This document shows, one piece after another, positions 32,480-45,395 of a stretch of 64,000 nt of DNA (the stretch's first letter is position 1; each line of letters begins with the position of its first letter). Below the pieces are notes generated by a model. The model was not told the DNA's origin. It was given only the letters and a program-made list of their open reading frames with translations, and searched no databases. A program made the position numbers and the translations under genes. This stretch comes from the human T2T-CHM13v2.0 reference genome, Homo sapiens. The DNA is taken from NCBI RefSeq assembly GCF_009914755.1, contig NC_060936.1; one strand, given 5' to 3'.

Positions 32480-33044
32480 CTGTGTTACGTAAAAACAAAC
32501 ATGGTTCATACAGGAGGAACGTACACAGTGCAAATCTTTTCATATTTGGACATAATCACGAGGCACTTTGCTGTGTGATATGAATTTCTTGAAGGACTGG
32601 GAATAGTCATTAACTTGTTTCCTAAGCTGTGGGTGGGGTGTCCGAAGATGACAGAGGTGCACAAAAGTTTGAGAACAGGCTCTAGACTCACTGGTACGAA
32701 TTTTGGCAGGCAAAAAGCACCACACATAAACACACACAAAATCTTGGGGGCTGAATAAGAGGTAGGGCTAGCTATCGCAACCGGCGTGTGTCGCCGGCGG
32801 CAGAGAGACAAGCGAGATGGGAAGCGACAGTTGGGAGATGCACACCGTCTCCTTAATCAGCTCAGGAGGGACCCCATTTCAAGGTGGACTGTGGGGCTCT
32901 CCCTCCTGAGGCCCCACAGGCCTGTCACAAGGGCCCGAGGCCGTGACAGGGTGGGGACTCGGAAGGTGGGTGTCTCCCCGGAAAGCTGCGTCTTCCCCAT
33001 CCTCCTCCCGGCTCGTCGGGAGTCTAGCACCGTCTTTTACAAAC

Positions 33045-33095
33045 CTTGGTCAGGTCTATGCCTGACCCCATGAGAGGAAGCCCGTCCTCATCCAT
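33045..33095 (-). CDS. WASHC3: WASH complex subunit 3 (CCDC53), coding exon 1 (MDEDGLPLMGSGIDLTK)
   Basis: ATG at 33095-33093; 17 codons matching the known N-terminus; donor AAG|gtttgt at 33044; lies in a CpG island. Confidence 0.96.
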
Positions 33096-33278
33096 CTCCT
33101 CAGCGGGCGGTGGACCCCGAGTTCACCCACAAACCCCTCCCAGATGGGGCCCGCCCAACCCGGTAATCACGTCTCAACTTTCCCCCCAAGTGCCCGCCTC
33201 CGGGGCCCTTCCCGCCGGAAGAAAGCTTCTCCGCTCACTAATCACTCGGCGGCTTCCGGAGAGCCCGCCTCCTCGCTC

Positions 33279-33298
33279 GGCATTCTGGGATTGGTAGT
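33279..33298 (-). promoter_or_regulatory. ZNF143/THAP11 (SBS) motif
   Basis: Minus strand reads ACTACCAATCCCAGAATGCC, close to the ACTACAnnTCCCAnnATGC consensus. Confidence 0.75.
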
Positions 33299-33312
33299 TT
33301 TAGTCCAGATTG

Positions 33313-33320
33313 TGACGTCA
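33313..33320. promoter_or_regulatory. Full palindromic CRE (CREB/ATF site)
   Basis: TGACGTCA within the promoter CpG island. Confidence 0.7.
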
Positions 33321-33646
33321 ATTTCGGGGTGGCGCGCGGTGGTGCAAGGATGCAGTTAGAGCACTGAAATCTTAGAAAGGAGGCAACAAAACAAAACAAA
33401 AAAACAAAGCCAGAAGTTGCGTCCTTTTGAGGTTATCCCTACTTAGTCCTGTCTGTTATATAATAACTCCGTCATTCCTTGAGCAACAATTTTTTTTTTG
33501 TTGTTGTTAATCCTAAGTGCCATATACTCTGCTAGGCTTTTACTGGGAAAACAAAGATTGAGTTTGATTGCTGCACGGGAGAGGTTTATGCCCTGAAGAA
33601 TGAGAAATAAGACCTACTTCCAAAGCGTGTGTGTGTGTATACACAC

Positions 33647-33780
33647 AAGTTCTCGCTATTTCCCCAGGCTGGTCTCGAACTCCTGGCCTCAAGCGATTCT
33701 CCTGCCTCAGCCTCACACGATTCTCCTGCCTCAGCCTCACAGAGTGCTGGGATTACAGGCGTGAGCCAACGCGCCTGGTC
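33647..33780 (-). mobile_element. FLAM-like Alu monomer with an internal 24-bp duplication
   Basis: cgattctcctgcctcagcctcaca x2 at 33694-33741. Confidence 0.85.
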
Positions 33781-33904
33781 TTCCAAAGGTTTTTAAAACA
33801 TGAAATAAAATGTCAACTACTAGATGTGAGGCACAAACCTACGGAAGTGACTGCCACTTACAGGGAGCATCAAAAAGATGAAGACCAAGACTGCAGTGGG
33901 CAGT

Positions 33905-34061
33905 TTTGTTTTAAAGATGGGGGGTCTCGCTTTGTTACCCAGTCTGGCGTGCAGTGAGGATCATAGCTCACCTTAGTCTCAAACCCTTTGGCTCAAATGA
34001 TCCTCATGCCTTGGCCTCCCTAAGTGCTGGGATTATAGGTGTGAGCCACTGGCACCTGGCC
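33905..34061 (-). mobile_element. Alu monomer or deleted AluJ
   Basis: Right-arm end joined to left-arm start. Confidence 0.75.
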
Positions 34062-34122
34062 TGTTGGTTTGGTTGAAGCAAATAATCCCATAAATGGAGA
34101 ATGGTAGGAAATGAGGTAAGAG

Positions 34123-34694
34123 TGTTACTGGTGGAGGGTGTCCAGGTTCTTTTGAACAAAGAATTGGACAAAACGCACAAATCAAGGAGAGAATGAACCA
34201 ACAAAAGCAAAGATTCATTGAAAACCAAAGTACGCTCCACAGTGTACTGGATACAGAATCTTCTTAGGTCCAAATACCCACTAGAGATTTCCCATTGGAC
34301 ACTGGTGTTCTCCTCATGCAAATGAAGTGGTGGCCCACAATCAGTCTGATTGGTTATGGAAAGCAACCAATCAGAGGCTGAAGTAAAATGACAAAGGTCA
34401 TACTCCTATACAAACATCTGATTGGTTGTGGAAAGCAACCAATCATTGGCTAAAGTGATGTTACTTAGTTGCACTTCTATGCAAAGGAAGATTTGGCCCG
34501 CAATCAGTCTGATTGGTTGAGGTACTTTCAATTTCCATCTGCCTGTCAGAAAAGGTGGGGATTTGCAAAGGGAGTAGCCGCTGGTCCTTTTGTTACTTAG
34601 GTGTGGAAATTTGGGGTTTACCTTTTGATTTAGTTCTAGGAAGTCAGCGTGAATCGGCGTTAGGTTCCCTGCCTCCAGACCCTATTCTGCCTCA
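34123..34694 (-). mobile_element. ERV1 solo LTR (MER51-like)
   Basis: TG...CA termini; minus strand starts TGAGGCAGAATAGGGTCTGGAGGCAGGGAACC; repeated CCAAT boxes; 4-bp flanks agag/ggag. Confidence 0.85.
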
Positions 34695-35029
34695 GGAGAC
34701 GTAGCCAGAAAATTTTCGTTTAAGGGCCTTTTATGCCAGATTTGATACTATAGTCCATGTTTATCTAATGTGATTCATAGGCCATCTGTAGCAATTATTT
34801 GGGTGTGGGTGGTGTTTCTTAAAGTTGCACGTTGCCCAGCTTAACCTTAGCGTGATCACCTTCTCCTGATTGAACTTTCTTAATTTTTCTTTCAGGAAGG
34901 CAGATCTTCTCTGGTTTTCTTTGTATCACTATGGTCATTTCCTTTCAGTTTCTTTTGCTGGTTGCTTCTTATGTCCCCAATCTCTAGAGTTTCTCACATT
35001 TATATATCTAACCCAGACCTTACATTGGA

Positions 35030-35850
35030 AGCCAGTATAGCTGAAGCAGAGTGAGCAAGGTGGGGAACTGAAGGACATGATGGCTAAAAGTTATGTGGAG
35101 ACCTGATCATGCAGAGCTTTATGGGACATCATAAGGACTTTGGCTTTCACTCTGGGTATGATGGGAAGTCATGGAAAGATCTAGAGCAGAGAAATGATGG
35201 GAGCTACAGAAGAGCTTTTAAGCAGGGGGTGGCATGATCAGAATTGCATTTCGGGACATTCTGTTTGGTACAAGGTAATGAATGTGACTTGAGGGTAGGT
35301 GGCTGAACCTGGAAATGTTGCATAGGTCTAACAGTCACTCTTTACTCCATCCTCCTTTACATCTAGTCATTCATCAAATCTTACCTCTTCTACTTCCTAA
35401 GTAGTTCTTGAATCAGTCTGTAACTCTCCATCCTTACTGCCATATCTCAAGTTCTGTACAACACACTTTTGTGCCTGGGTTACTGCAATAGCCTCTTCCT
35501 GCCTCCATTTTGTGTCTCTCCAAGCTACTCCACACATTGTAGCCATAGTGATTTTTAAAAAGACAAATCTGATTATATTACTCAGGATATAATTTTGTTC
35601 CCCATCTCCCTCAGATACTATGCTCACAGGTCCTCTCTGTGGCTCTTGGCCACTTCTTTAACCTTACCTCTCACTGTTATAACTTTCTCCTTAGCCCCAA
35701 ATAACTTCTTTCAATTCCTGGAATTGCTTGCTGTGTGTGGGTCTTTCAAGATGTTGTCTTCCCTCTGCCTGGAACAATCTCCCCTGCTTCCCAACAACCC
35801 CTGCCTGGCTAACTCCTACTCATTCTTCACATATCTTCTCTCCTTTATCC
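35030..35850. mobile_element. L2 fragments in opposite orientations
   Basis: Purine-rich L2 (35030-35310) followed by pyrimidine-rich L2 (35340-35850). Confidence 0.6.
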
Positions 35851-35859
35851 TTGGTTTTC

Positions 35860-37170
35860 AAGTTTGAATATAATGTGCGTGGGGTATGGGTATGGTTTTC
35901 TTTGTATTTATCCTGCTTGTAGTTTGCTGAGCTGCTCAGATCTGTGGGTTGGTGTTCTAAATCAAATTTGGAAGAAAGATTTTTGGCCATTAATTCTTCA
36001 AAAAATGTTTTTGTCATTTTTCTCTTTTTCTGGGACTTCAAAAATACTTGTATGTTAGACTGCTTGATTTTGCCCATAGATCACGGTGCTCTGCTCATTT
36101 CCCCCCAATCATTTTCTTTTCTCCCTGTGTTTCAGTGTGGATAATTCTTACAAACCTATCTTCAAGTATTTTCTAGTTTCCAATTTAACTATTTTCTAGT
36201 TTCCAATTTAGTTCCAGAACTCATCTAATAAGTTGATTTCAGATGTATTTTTTTCTAAAAATCTGTTTTTTAGAGTTTGTTTTTCTCTTGAAATTCCCTT
36301 CATTCATCTTTTCCTCTATATTAAAAAAACCAAATTTATAAGTTTTTAAAAAGTCCTTATCTAATAATGCCAATTTCTGGTTCATCTATGTGCCTGGTTC
36401 TATTGACAACTTTTTCCTAATTATGGGTTATGTTTCCTGCTTTTTAGCATGTCTTATAATTTTTAATTTTATTATGGACATTGTGAAAAAAAGAACAAAG
36501 TTCAGTGAGAAATGGAACATTCAGATTCATTCACAATTTGAATTGAGCTGATGCTGGGCTGCAGCTTTAGATTAAGTTTACCTGCAGTTAATTCAATTCA
36601 ACCTCCTGCAAAGGACTGAGCTCTTGGATCTTGTCTGTGTTAGAGAGGGATGGGCCATAGTTTCAGATCATTTGGTTCACCTTCGGATTCAGCTTCAGCA
36701 GGGCTCAGGAATCCAAGCACCATAAGAATGTGCAAGATTTAGTGAATTCTACTTACCGAAAACATTTCCTCCATTACTGCTTTCTTAGCAATCTTAGGGG
36801 TAGGGTGTAGGCCCAAGTGATTTATTTTCGTGATTGAGGTCCTTCCAGACCCAAGTCTGTCTCACCAGCTTGTAGCAAAGTCTTAGCCACTTTCTCCTTA
36901 ACTCTGCAAAGTCTCCTAGAGTGTTGCAGGCTTGTTCTTCCATCTACTTGTATCCAGACCACGCCCTTCTCCCTGGGCATGGCAATGCCACAGCTCTCTG
37001 CTCAACTATGTTCCTCCAAACATAGGCATGACTATAGAATTTATTTCATTAAGGTCTTACATACATGGCTTTTCAACAGCCCCATAAAAAGTATGATTTT
37101 TATCTGGTTATTTCTTATTACCACTAAATAAAAGGCTTTCATGCATCTTTCTGTATTCGAACTAGTAGCA
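35860..37170 (-). mobile_element. Old L1M fragment (ORF1/5' region)
   Basis: Minus ORF 35820..36077 carries L1 ORF1-like FEELMAKN...HTPRTL. Confidence 0.65.
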
Positions 37171-37683
37171 GAAGTCTTAACATTCCATCCTTAGAGCTTT
37201 CCCAAAGCCACACAGATTAGATTAACTGTTCTTACATGCTTCCATAGCATTCTCTGCTTAACTCTATCTTAGCACATATAATTGCCTGTTTGCTTGAAAG
37301 CCTACTATATTACCAATTTAGGGCAGAGTCTCTGTTAGTTCACCATTAAGGTCCTAGCCCAATGTTTGTCCTATAGTAAACACTAAGTATCTTCTGAGTG
37401 ACATTTGGGCTTAATGAATCTTGTACTTCCACATCTTACTTGATATTTCATTAACCTTTGATTTAGGTGGGACTCATAACTCTGGGTACTCAATCAGTCT
37501 CCCTGAGCAGAATTCCCCACTGGTCAGCCTAGCCTTCTTCTCTAGAGCCAAGACAGGCTCCCAGCCAGGAGAAAAATTAAGACAAACCAACACAGCAACT
37601 TCATGGTTATAGTTATGTATAAGTAGCAGGCATTTATATATGTGTATGTGTGTATATACATGTATATGATATGGTTCTATACA

Positions 37684-37880
37684 CAGTTATGGGCCACAAA
37701 CCATTTCATCAGTGATGGACTACATATTAGAGGATGGACCTATTATAGTAAAAGGTATAAGTGTTTTTCATACATCTTTTCCATGTTTAGATACACAAAT
37801 ACCATGGTGTTACAATTGCCTATAGGATTTAGTACAGTAACATGCTATACAGGTTTGTGGCCTAGGAGCAATAGACTATC
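37684..37880 (+). mobile_element. Tigger3/MER7-like fragment
   Basis: gtttagatacacaaatacc...ttacaattgccta...cctaggagcaatagactat. Confidence 0.75.
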
Positions 37881-40800
37881 AAAAAAAATTTGTAAAATGG
37901 TTTAGTTTTTAGAGTGGCAGTTTCTTTGCCTCCTAGGATCTTTGATGATTACTGTTCCATCCTTAGCTCCTGAGAGCAGGGCCATTCACATTTTAATAAC
38001 TGATTTCCAGGACTATTAAAAAGAATCTATACCTAGAAGTCTTGGCCAACCGCCAGATGAAATAGGTACTCTTTCCTTCAGGCTTTCTTGCACTGGTAAA
38101 AATGAAAAATATTACCAGATTTCATTTACTGTAGTGAATTTTGGGGGCAAAATAGATTGTAATGAATACTGATTTCAAAGACTATATGTGCCACCTCCAT
38201 ATATTCATTTAATAAAAAACTAAGAATTTTTCAATTTCTTGAAATGTTCTGGTAATAAGATTACCAGAAAATTGCTGTTATTTACTTTTATCACAGGTAT
38301 GGTCTTGGGTGGGGAAACAATAAAAAATCGTCCCCATTTTTTTTTTTTGTTGTTGTATTTCTCCGTGCTTTGCTTCAGGATGGAACAGTTAGAGAGGTGT
38401 GGTGTTGATTCATAATAGTGGGAAAATAAAATTAAATGTTTCCTATTCTTATTCCCTCCTCAATCCCATCTCTCAGGAGTGATACCAATAATCTGTTGAG
38501 ACTTGGTTAAGTGAAGGAATTCTAGCCTTGTTACTTCAATTGTGTTAAGAATTGTTTCCCGTTATTCCTTTAAATTGTTCTGGCTTTCTTAACTTTGTAC
38601 AGAAAATTGAGTTGTAACCTTATATCCTCTAGGCAGGAGACTTGATTCCACTTTGGAAAGCTAACTACCTCAAGAGAAGAGACCTAAAGATACTTATAGT
38701 CAGCTATTCCCCAGTAAAAGAGCAAACAATCTAAATTATCCTGCCTTCTTTGAGGGGATTGGGAAAAGGTCTCAGTGTACTCATTTGTACTCATGGGACT
38801 TTTACTTATGGAGACAACTAAGTGATACACAGGGCAATGCTATTGAAAGAATTTAGTACTTACAGTTCCCAAGAGGGCACACCATGCCATGCCAGGCCAC
38901 AGGGGAAACACGAGTTTGGTCAGGAGAAAGAGGCAGAAGCAAGGGGACTTCTTAGGAGCAACCATTACCATTTTTATAGAGCTATGGTACTTTATCTTGA
39001 ATTCACTGAGTGATATTTTTCCCCCTTTGGTGCAGTAGTAATTAGGTAAACCTCAGTCCTGAGTCTTTGCTTAGTTTTGTACATTTCGTTAGCACTCCGT
39101 CCTCTTCATAGAATCACCATCTCCGTTTATTTTTTTTTAAAGCAGCAAATGATGCCACTATCAGCTGCTTCTAATTAACCTCCCCTGGCTGTGTCTGTAA
39201 ATGACTCAGCACCTGGACTTCTTAAAGTGGTCAGGTTATTTTGAATCACAACCATATAAAATCACTTAAAACTACTCAGAAGTTCAACACCAACATTTCT
39301 TCCCGAAGCTTTGTTTCTAGAGTTTAAAAGGATCATGCTAGAGCCTTTGCTATCAACTTTAAAAAAATAACTGGGTCACAAGTTAAAAGCCAGTCAATCC
39401 AGGAAAATGGTTCATGGTGTTTTCCAGCATGAGAAGCCCTTTTAATAATATTAAAAACATTTTGAAGAACATCGATGATGATTGTGGTTGGACATCTAAT
39501 GTTCACTGAACAAACACATATACATTATTGTGGGAAATTTAAAATAGGAATATAGGTGAGCTCTATTGGGAAATTAATCTTAAAATCCCAAATTTTCATT
39601 CAAAGATAGTATTTCTCTCCATTTCATTTTCCAGGCTAGGTTTTATTAGTTTTCCTGTAATATATCCTGCCTTAGAAAGTCTTGCCTCCTGTATATCACA
39701 TAGGAAGGAATGGTTAAAGTACACTGGCTTATTTCCAAACACCAGAGCTAAATCTGAAGATATGTAGTAATCAGGTTGACAGACACATCTCCACATATCT
39801 GGGAACGCTTTTTTGCCCTCTCAAGATTGCTGAGTGAAATCTACAAAAGCCACTATCTCTGAATGTGAATGGAGAGTTCCTTGGCTGGGTCATTCCCCTC
39901 CTTCCTGTTATGGTGTTTTGGGGAGGAAGTGGAAGATGGCAAGACACCTTAAGTCAAAGTCTTTTAGGAACATGTAAGTAAGTTTGATTTTGGGGCTGTC
40001 TATATTATCTCAGGACCCCAGGAGGTCACGGCTTCTAAGAAAAAAGAGAATTTTGCTAATGGTAGCATGAATATAATTTTGAGAAACCCCTGCAATAGTT
40101 CCATATTCTCCCAGGTACTTACCACCAAGGTTGGGGAGCAATGACCCAGGGTTACATGAAAATTATGTATTCATAAAATATATCTTAGTTATTGTGTTAG
40201 GTGGGTATAATGATGGGAAAAGAAAGAGGTCAAAAAACAGTGACAGAGTTCCAGAATTGTTCCATTGTCTTGGGGTTTAACGTATTTGTGGGTTAAGTCT
40301 AGGATGAGGTGAGACCTCTGAAGCAGCTGTCTATATAACCACATTCTGTACTTGCTCAAAATCAAGGGCCAGGAAAATCTTATTAGACCAATCCAATATT
40401 AGAGCTCTACAGATTTCAGGTGAGGGGTACTCCCACAGACGTTCCCTTGGAATAGGCAATTTGGAGAGAAATGCATTATTAGCTGTTCACAACACAGCTT
40501 GAGGTGCTAGTGTCCAAATCTCAGGAGAATCAGCCCTACAAAACATTTGGCAAAGTATTTAAAATTCCAGAAAGTCTAATACTTAATGAAAAAAAATTTT
40601 TTTTTTGTAGGCTGGAAACCAAAACGAGCTATTACACAATTACAATAAAATAAATCAAGTTATTCTATTTGTAATAAACACCTAGTTTTAGTATTAGTGA
40701 AAGAAAGTACTAGCAATTAACCAAAGATACATTAAGATGGTAGAAAGAAGTTCATTAAAAAGTAACTTATATTGGTCTGATTTAAACTTAATGTTAACTA

Positions 40801-43187
40801 AGACTATTACAGTTAAGAAGTGACTTTCTAAGTAAAAATGAACCAAATGAACTTATTTGGTTAGACGGTTTCCACCTTTCCATCTTCTTTATCACTATGG
40901 TATAATTTATCATTAGTTGCGTCTGGCTTACTTTAGAGGTCAGTTGTCTGGAACTTCCTTCCTTTTACGCTGTCTCAAAAACAAAGATTTCCTAAAACAG
41001 TATTAGCAAGCTCTTACTTGAGATGGTTGCAAAGATTAACCTTAGTTTTGGCCAGGGTTTAATCCTGTCTGAATTTGGCTCAATTATAGGACAACAGCTG
41101 TGTTTGTAAGATCAAAGTTTTATGTTCAACCACCATTAGAAGCACAGATACCAGCAGCATTTATTGTCTTTTACTACATAGAAATAGAAACTTAACTCAT
41201 TACAGCATTATAAATGCAGTTGGTAGAAATCAGTATTTCATAAATCTTTAAATCAAATTGTTTGTAAAGGCTGAGAAACCTGGTAGTCTCCCCATTACTT
41301 ACTATTGTTCATGTGGATTTTATAAGCTTACATTAAGTGTTACAAGTCCCAAGGTAAAGTATCCTGTTAAAAATCAGTTAAAAAGGCAAATAGCTGTATA
41401 ACAAAGACATAAGTTACACAGAAATAAGCTGATCCAAGGAAATTTTCAGACAGACAAACGTCACTTGACCCTACATAAGGGCAACAATTTTTTTTTATTA
41501 AGGTAGTTCAAAGAACAGATGAAAATGTCAGAAAGTAGACTAAATGCTTTTGATTTTCCATGAAATCTATGCCCAATGCATGCAAAAGGGCTTATGAGTT
41601 TGAGTAATGGATATATCATAACGTGTTTTTTAGCTTTTGTGAAATGAGATCTTCAAAGCTGATACACTAATTATTTTGTTGTGTTACTGTGATTAGGTAA
41701 CAAATGGTTGCTATAAATTAAAGCCATGTTAATAAAAAAAGTTCTACCCACATTTTAAAAGGCATTATTTTTTAAATGTATTAGAAACAAATGTTAATTG
41801 TTTTGAAATTCTTTTCAAATGCCTGTTAAATGTTTTTGAATCAACAAGGTGTTAAAATTAAAGAAACTGAGTGTTCTCTCCTGTCCTTGTTGCTGAGCAC
41901 ACTGTTTGATAAAGATATATTGGAACACAATGCTGCTTCTGAGGACTTGACCAAGCTCTCATGAGGAGTATGTGGAAATGGATCATAATTATCATTTTTA
42001 TTTGGCAAATTTTATTTAGGCTCAGAGCTAAGGCTATTATTACTTGTATGGTATAAAGTTGGGTTAAACTGAGTTTAACTTTTTGAGGTATAGAAAAACA
42101 TGGAAAATAGTGTAGAGTGAGAACTTTTTCTCTCCTAAAAACTATTAAAATCAGTCTTGGGCACAATACTGCCTCATAACTTCCCAATCAGCGTTTCTGG
42201 GACAATGTCAGATTTTAGACAATTACAGAAAACCAGACACAAATGTGCAAACCAGATTTCAATTTCTTCTCCACTGACATGAGATTTAAAACAGCAACAG
42301 AAACATTTCTAGGTCAGTGTCAATATGTAGTCACAAATTACCAAAGTAAGAAACAAATTGGAGTGCATGGGTGTGTGATTTTGTGTTTTGGCATGGGAGA
42401 GATATTGAAATATTCATAACGTAGAAGCCAAATCATAAAAATGAAATGGGACTTATGATCCCATCATCATTCTGAAAATGTAGGATTTAGCTCTGACATC
42501 TTGCAGATTTGTGATATCCTGACTTTTGTTTGCTTCAATAGTCCTAAATAATACAAGTTTTAGAACATAAGTACAACTTTTTTCTCTTTGATGTTTTAAG
42601 TGAAGCAATCCTGAGGAAAACTTAAATTTCAACAGAAGAAAAACCATCTTAGACATATTTATAAACAAACATGGAAAAACTAAAACTGGGACATACACAC
42701 AATGTGAAATATCTCATATTATCATCAGGAATTAGAAGTGATGACCAATAACTAATTCCTCATAAATACTTCCTCCTGTCTTAGTGTAATATAAACATAT
42801 TTCGAAGAACAAAGTTTACTAAGAAAAAAACAACATTATACGATTTTAAAATAATTAAACACAATAAAGTTTAACAACAAAGTATAAGTTGGAACATGGT
42901 CCTGTAGCCTACTTTTAAGATCTAAAAAAAGAAAAAGAGGTTAGAGTTCTCAATGCTTACATAGGATAAAGTACATTTCACTCCTGAAACTAACAGGTAA
43001 AGGCAACCCTCTCATTTCTTGAGAATGTCTTATCTTACAGTCACTATATTAATCCACAAATGGAATCACTATTTTCTTCTGAGGATAACACTTCCTGCCT
43101 CTTTTTGGCATAACAGTATACAATCATCATGAGTTATCTTTTCCCAAAACAGCTTCCCCTACTAAAAGATAGAAGTTCTATTGGGTA

Positions 43188-43490
43188 TTTTTTTTTTTTT
43201 TTTGAGATGGAGTCTTGCTCTGTCACCCAGGCTAAAGTGCAGTGGTGTAATCTTGGCTCACCACCACCTCTGCCTCCAGGGTTCAAGCGATTCTCATGGC
43301 TCAGCCTCCCAAGTAGCTGGGATCATAGGCACGTGCCATCACGTCCTGCTAATTTTGTTTTTGTATTTTTAGTAGAGGTGGGTTTTCAACATGTTGGCCA
43401 GGCTGGTTTTGAACTCCTGACCTCAAGTGATCCGCCCACCTCGGCCTCCCGAAGTGTTGGGATTACAGGCATGAGCCACTGCGCCCAGCC
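43188..43490 (-). mobile_element. Alu (AluS)
   Basis: TSD-like ctattgggta / ctactgggta. Confidence 0.94.
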
Positions 43491-44824
43491 CTACTGGGTA
43501 ATTTCATCAGACAACTTTTATATTTTGGTTAAGCCCTTATTCCAGAGAATCCATTTCTTATATACCCAAGCCCAACATAATCATCTCCTTAATTTCCATC
43601 CCTAAATAAAACCCACCCACTTCATGCATCAATTTTTCTAAGTATATGACAACAATTTTTGAACACACTAGCCTTAGAGATGATTTTTATATTTCTTGGA
43701 CATATCCTGAAATGACAAATTCTTGTAAGAGTCACTATTGATAGCCCTTTGGCTATCCTGATGCTTTTAGGAATCCTTGCCCCATCACAGAGATTCTTAA
43801 AGAGAACCATGTCAAAATTCCTTGCTCTTTGCTTTTTCCTTTGTTAGTTCAAAATCTTCTTATGAAGGGGTAAACAAAACAATTTATATCATTTGGTTAT
43901 AATATTTAACTGTATTAAAAAATTGACTAGGAAATTGCTATAAAATTTTTCATCTGTACTTTAAAGCATGTAAAAGTTGAACCCAAACATCTACATGGTT
44001 ATAAAATTTCACTGAATTCTTTCTTTTAATTACCTGGAACATTCTCCTATCTCTTAAAAATATAATGTTCTTGATTCTACAATTATTTTAAGACACCTTA
44101 AGAATAGAAAACTGGAGTAAAAAATATTTACTGGCATTAAACATAAATCTCTAAAACCTCAAAAATAAGACCTACTCATCTCTGAAATAAATAATTTCTA
44201 TACATCTCTGAACCACGTGACAGACACATACTAGGTATTTTCATTCACCTTTATTTAATCTTTACAGCAACTCCACAAAATAATGATTCCTATCTGTACT
44301 TTACAAGAGGAAATGAAGCTTCAAAAAGGGCATTAACTTGCAGGAATGGGCAGTTTGTCAAAATGTATTGGATTCTGTATGTGACTGACAAGCAGAACCA
44401 TAATTTTATATGCTTCTGACTGTACCATGATGTATCCCAAAAATGTGATACAGCTGTCTTAGATAACGTTGATTTTAATGATCTTTGAGAGGGTGAACAC
44501 AGTTCCATTGCCAACAGGTCCCATCTCAAAAACACTTAAGTTTCTTGGTAAGAACAGTGAAAATTCACAAAAAGGAGGCTGTTAAAGGTATACACTAGAA
44601 GTCATTTTTCAAGGTAACTTTTGATCCCATATATCAGATGTTCTAAGACTGTTAGAACACCTCGTCCAAAGGAATCTGCGTATAATAAACAGGGTTGAGC
44701 AATATAATCAATCACATATTTAAGAAACTGAAAACAATTTTTTACATTAAATTGAGTACACATACACATATATATACTCAACAACCACTTCCAGAATACC
44801 CTAAGATATTTTTTTCTCCTTGGA

Positions 44825-45101
44825 TTTTTTTTCTTTTGAGATAGTCTCGCTCTGTCGCCCAGGCTGCAGTGAAGTGGCACGATCTTGGCTCACTGTAACC
44901 TCTGCCTTCCAGGTTCAAGTGATTCTCCTGCCTCAGTCTTCCAAACCATGCTTGGCTAATTTTTTTTATTTTTATTTTTTTAGTAGAGATAGGGTTTCAC
45001 CATGTTGGCCAGGTTGGTCTTGAACTCCTCACCTCAAGTGATCCACTCCCTTCAGCCTCCCAAAGTGTTGGGATTACAAGTGTGAGCCATTGTACCTGGC
45101 C
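44825..45101 (-). mobile_element. Alu (AluS) with an internal deletion
   Basis: Alu blocks in reverse orientation, just past the NUP37 poly(A) site. Confidence 0.9.
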
Positions 45102-45343
45102 TTTTTTTCTCTTTTGATAAATGTGTCCCTGAGAATTAGAAAAACAGCATATACTCAAAGTATAGAAAACAGGATACACTTCAAATACTCCTTTTTTGAT
45201 AAACTCAAAAGCATTATTTTTCCTTAGTCATCTCTTCTCTGGAGGTGAGCTGCTGAGTCAATATGATTTTGTAAGATTAAAAATATATATATATACACAC
45301 ACAGAGAACAGAGTAGAAAAATAATTTTTCAAACCATCAACAT

Positions 45344-45353
45344 TTTATTTAAT
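45344..45353 (-). terminator. NUP37: NUP37 polyadenylation signal (overlapping ATTAAA/AATAAA)
   Basis: AATAAA at 45349-45344, ~140 nt after the stop; U/GU-rich element (TGTTCTCTGTGTGT) downstream at ~45296-45310. Confidence 0.8.
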
Positions 45354-45395
45354 AAAAGCAACTGAGACATTTTCTAAAGTATACGGTATATTTGA

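Larger units (their letters stand above)
32770..33360 (-). promoter_or_regulatory. WASHC3: WASHC3 CpG-island promoter and 5' UTR (TATA-less, housekeeping type)
   Basis: High GC/CpG content against an AT-rich background; ETS cores CCGGAAG (33215-33221) and CTTCCGG (33253-33259); ZNF143 motif; full CRE; exact TSS not determinable. Confidence 0.88.

Noticed and set aside
32786-33359. Plus-strand ORFs across the CpG island
   Set aside because: Expected in GC-rich promoter DNA; antisense to the real exon 1
43129-43605. 158-aa ORF, and similar ORFs at 17363, 26495, 55341 and 57829
   Set aside because: Alu-derived translations
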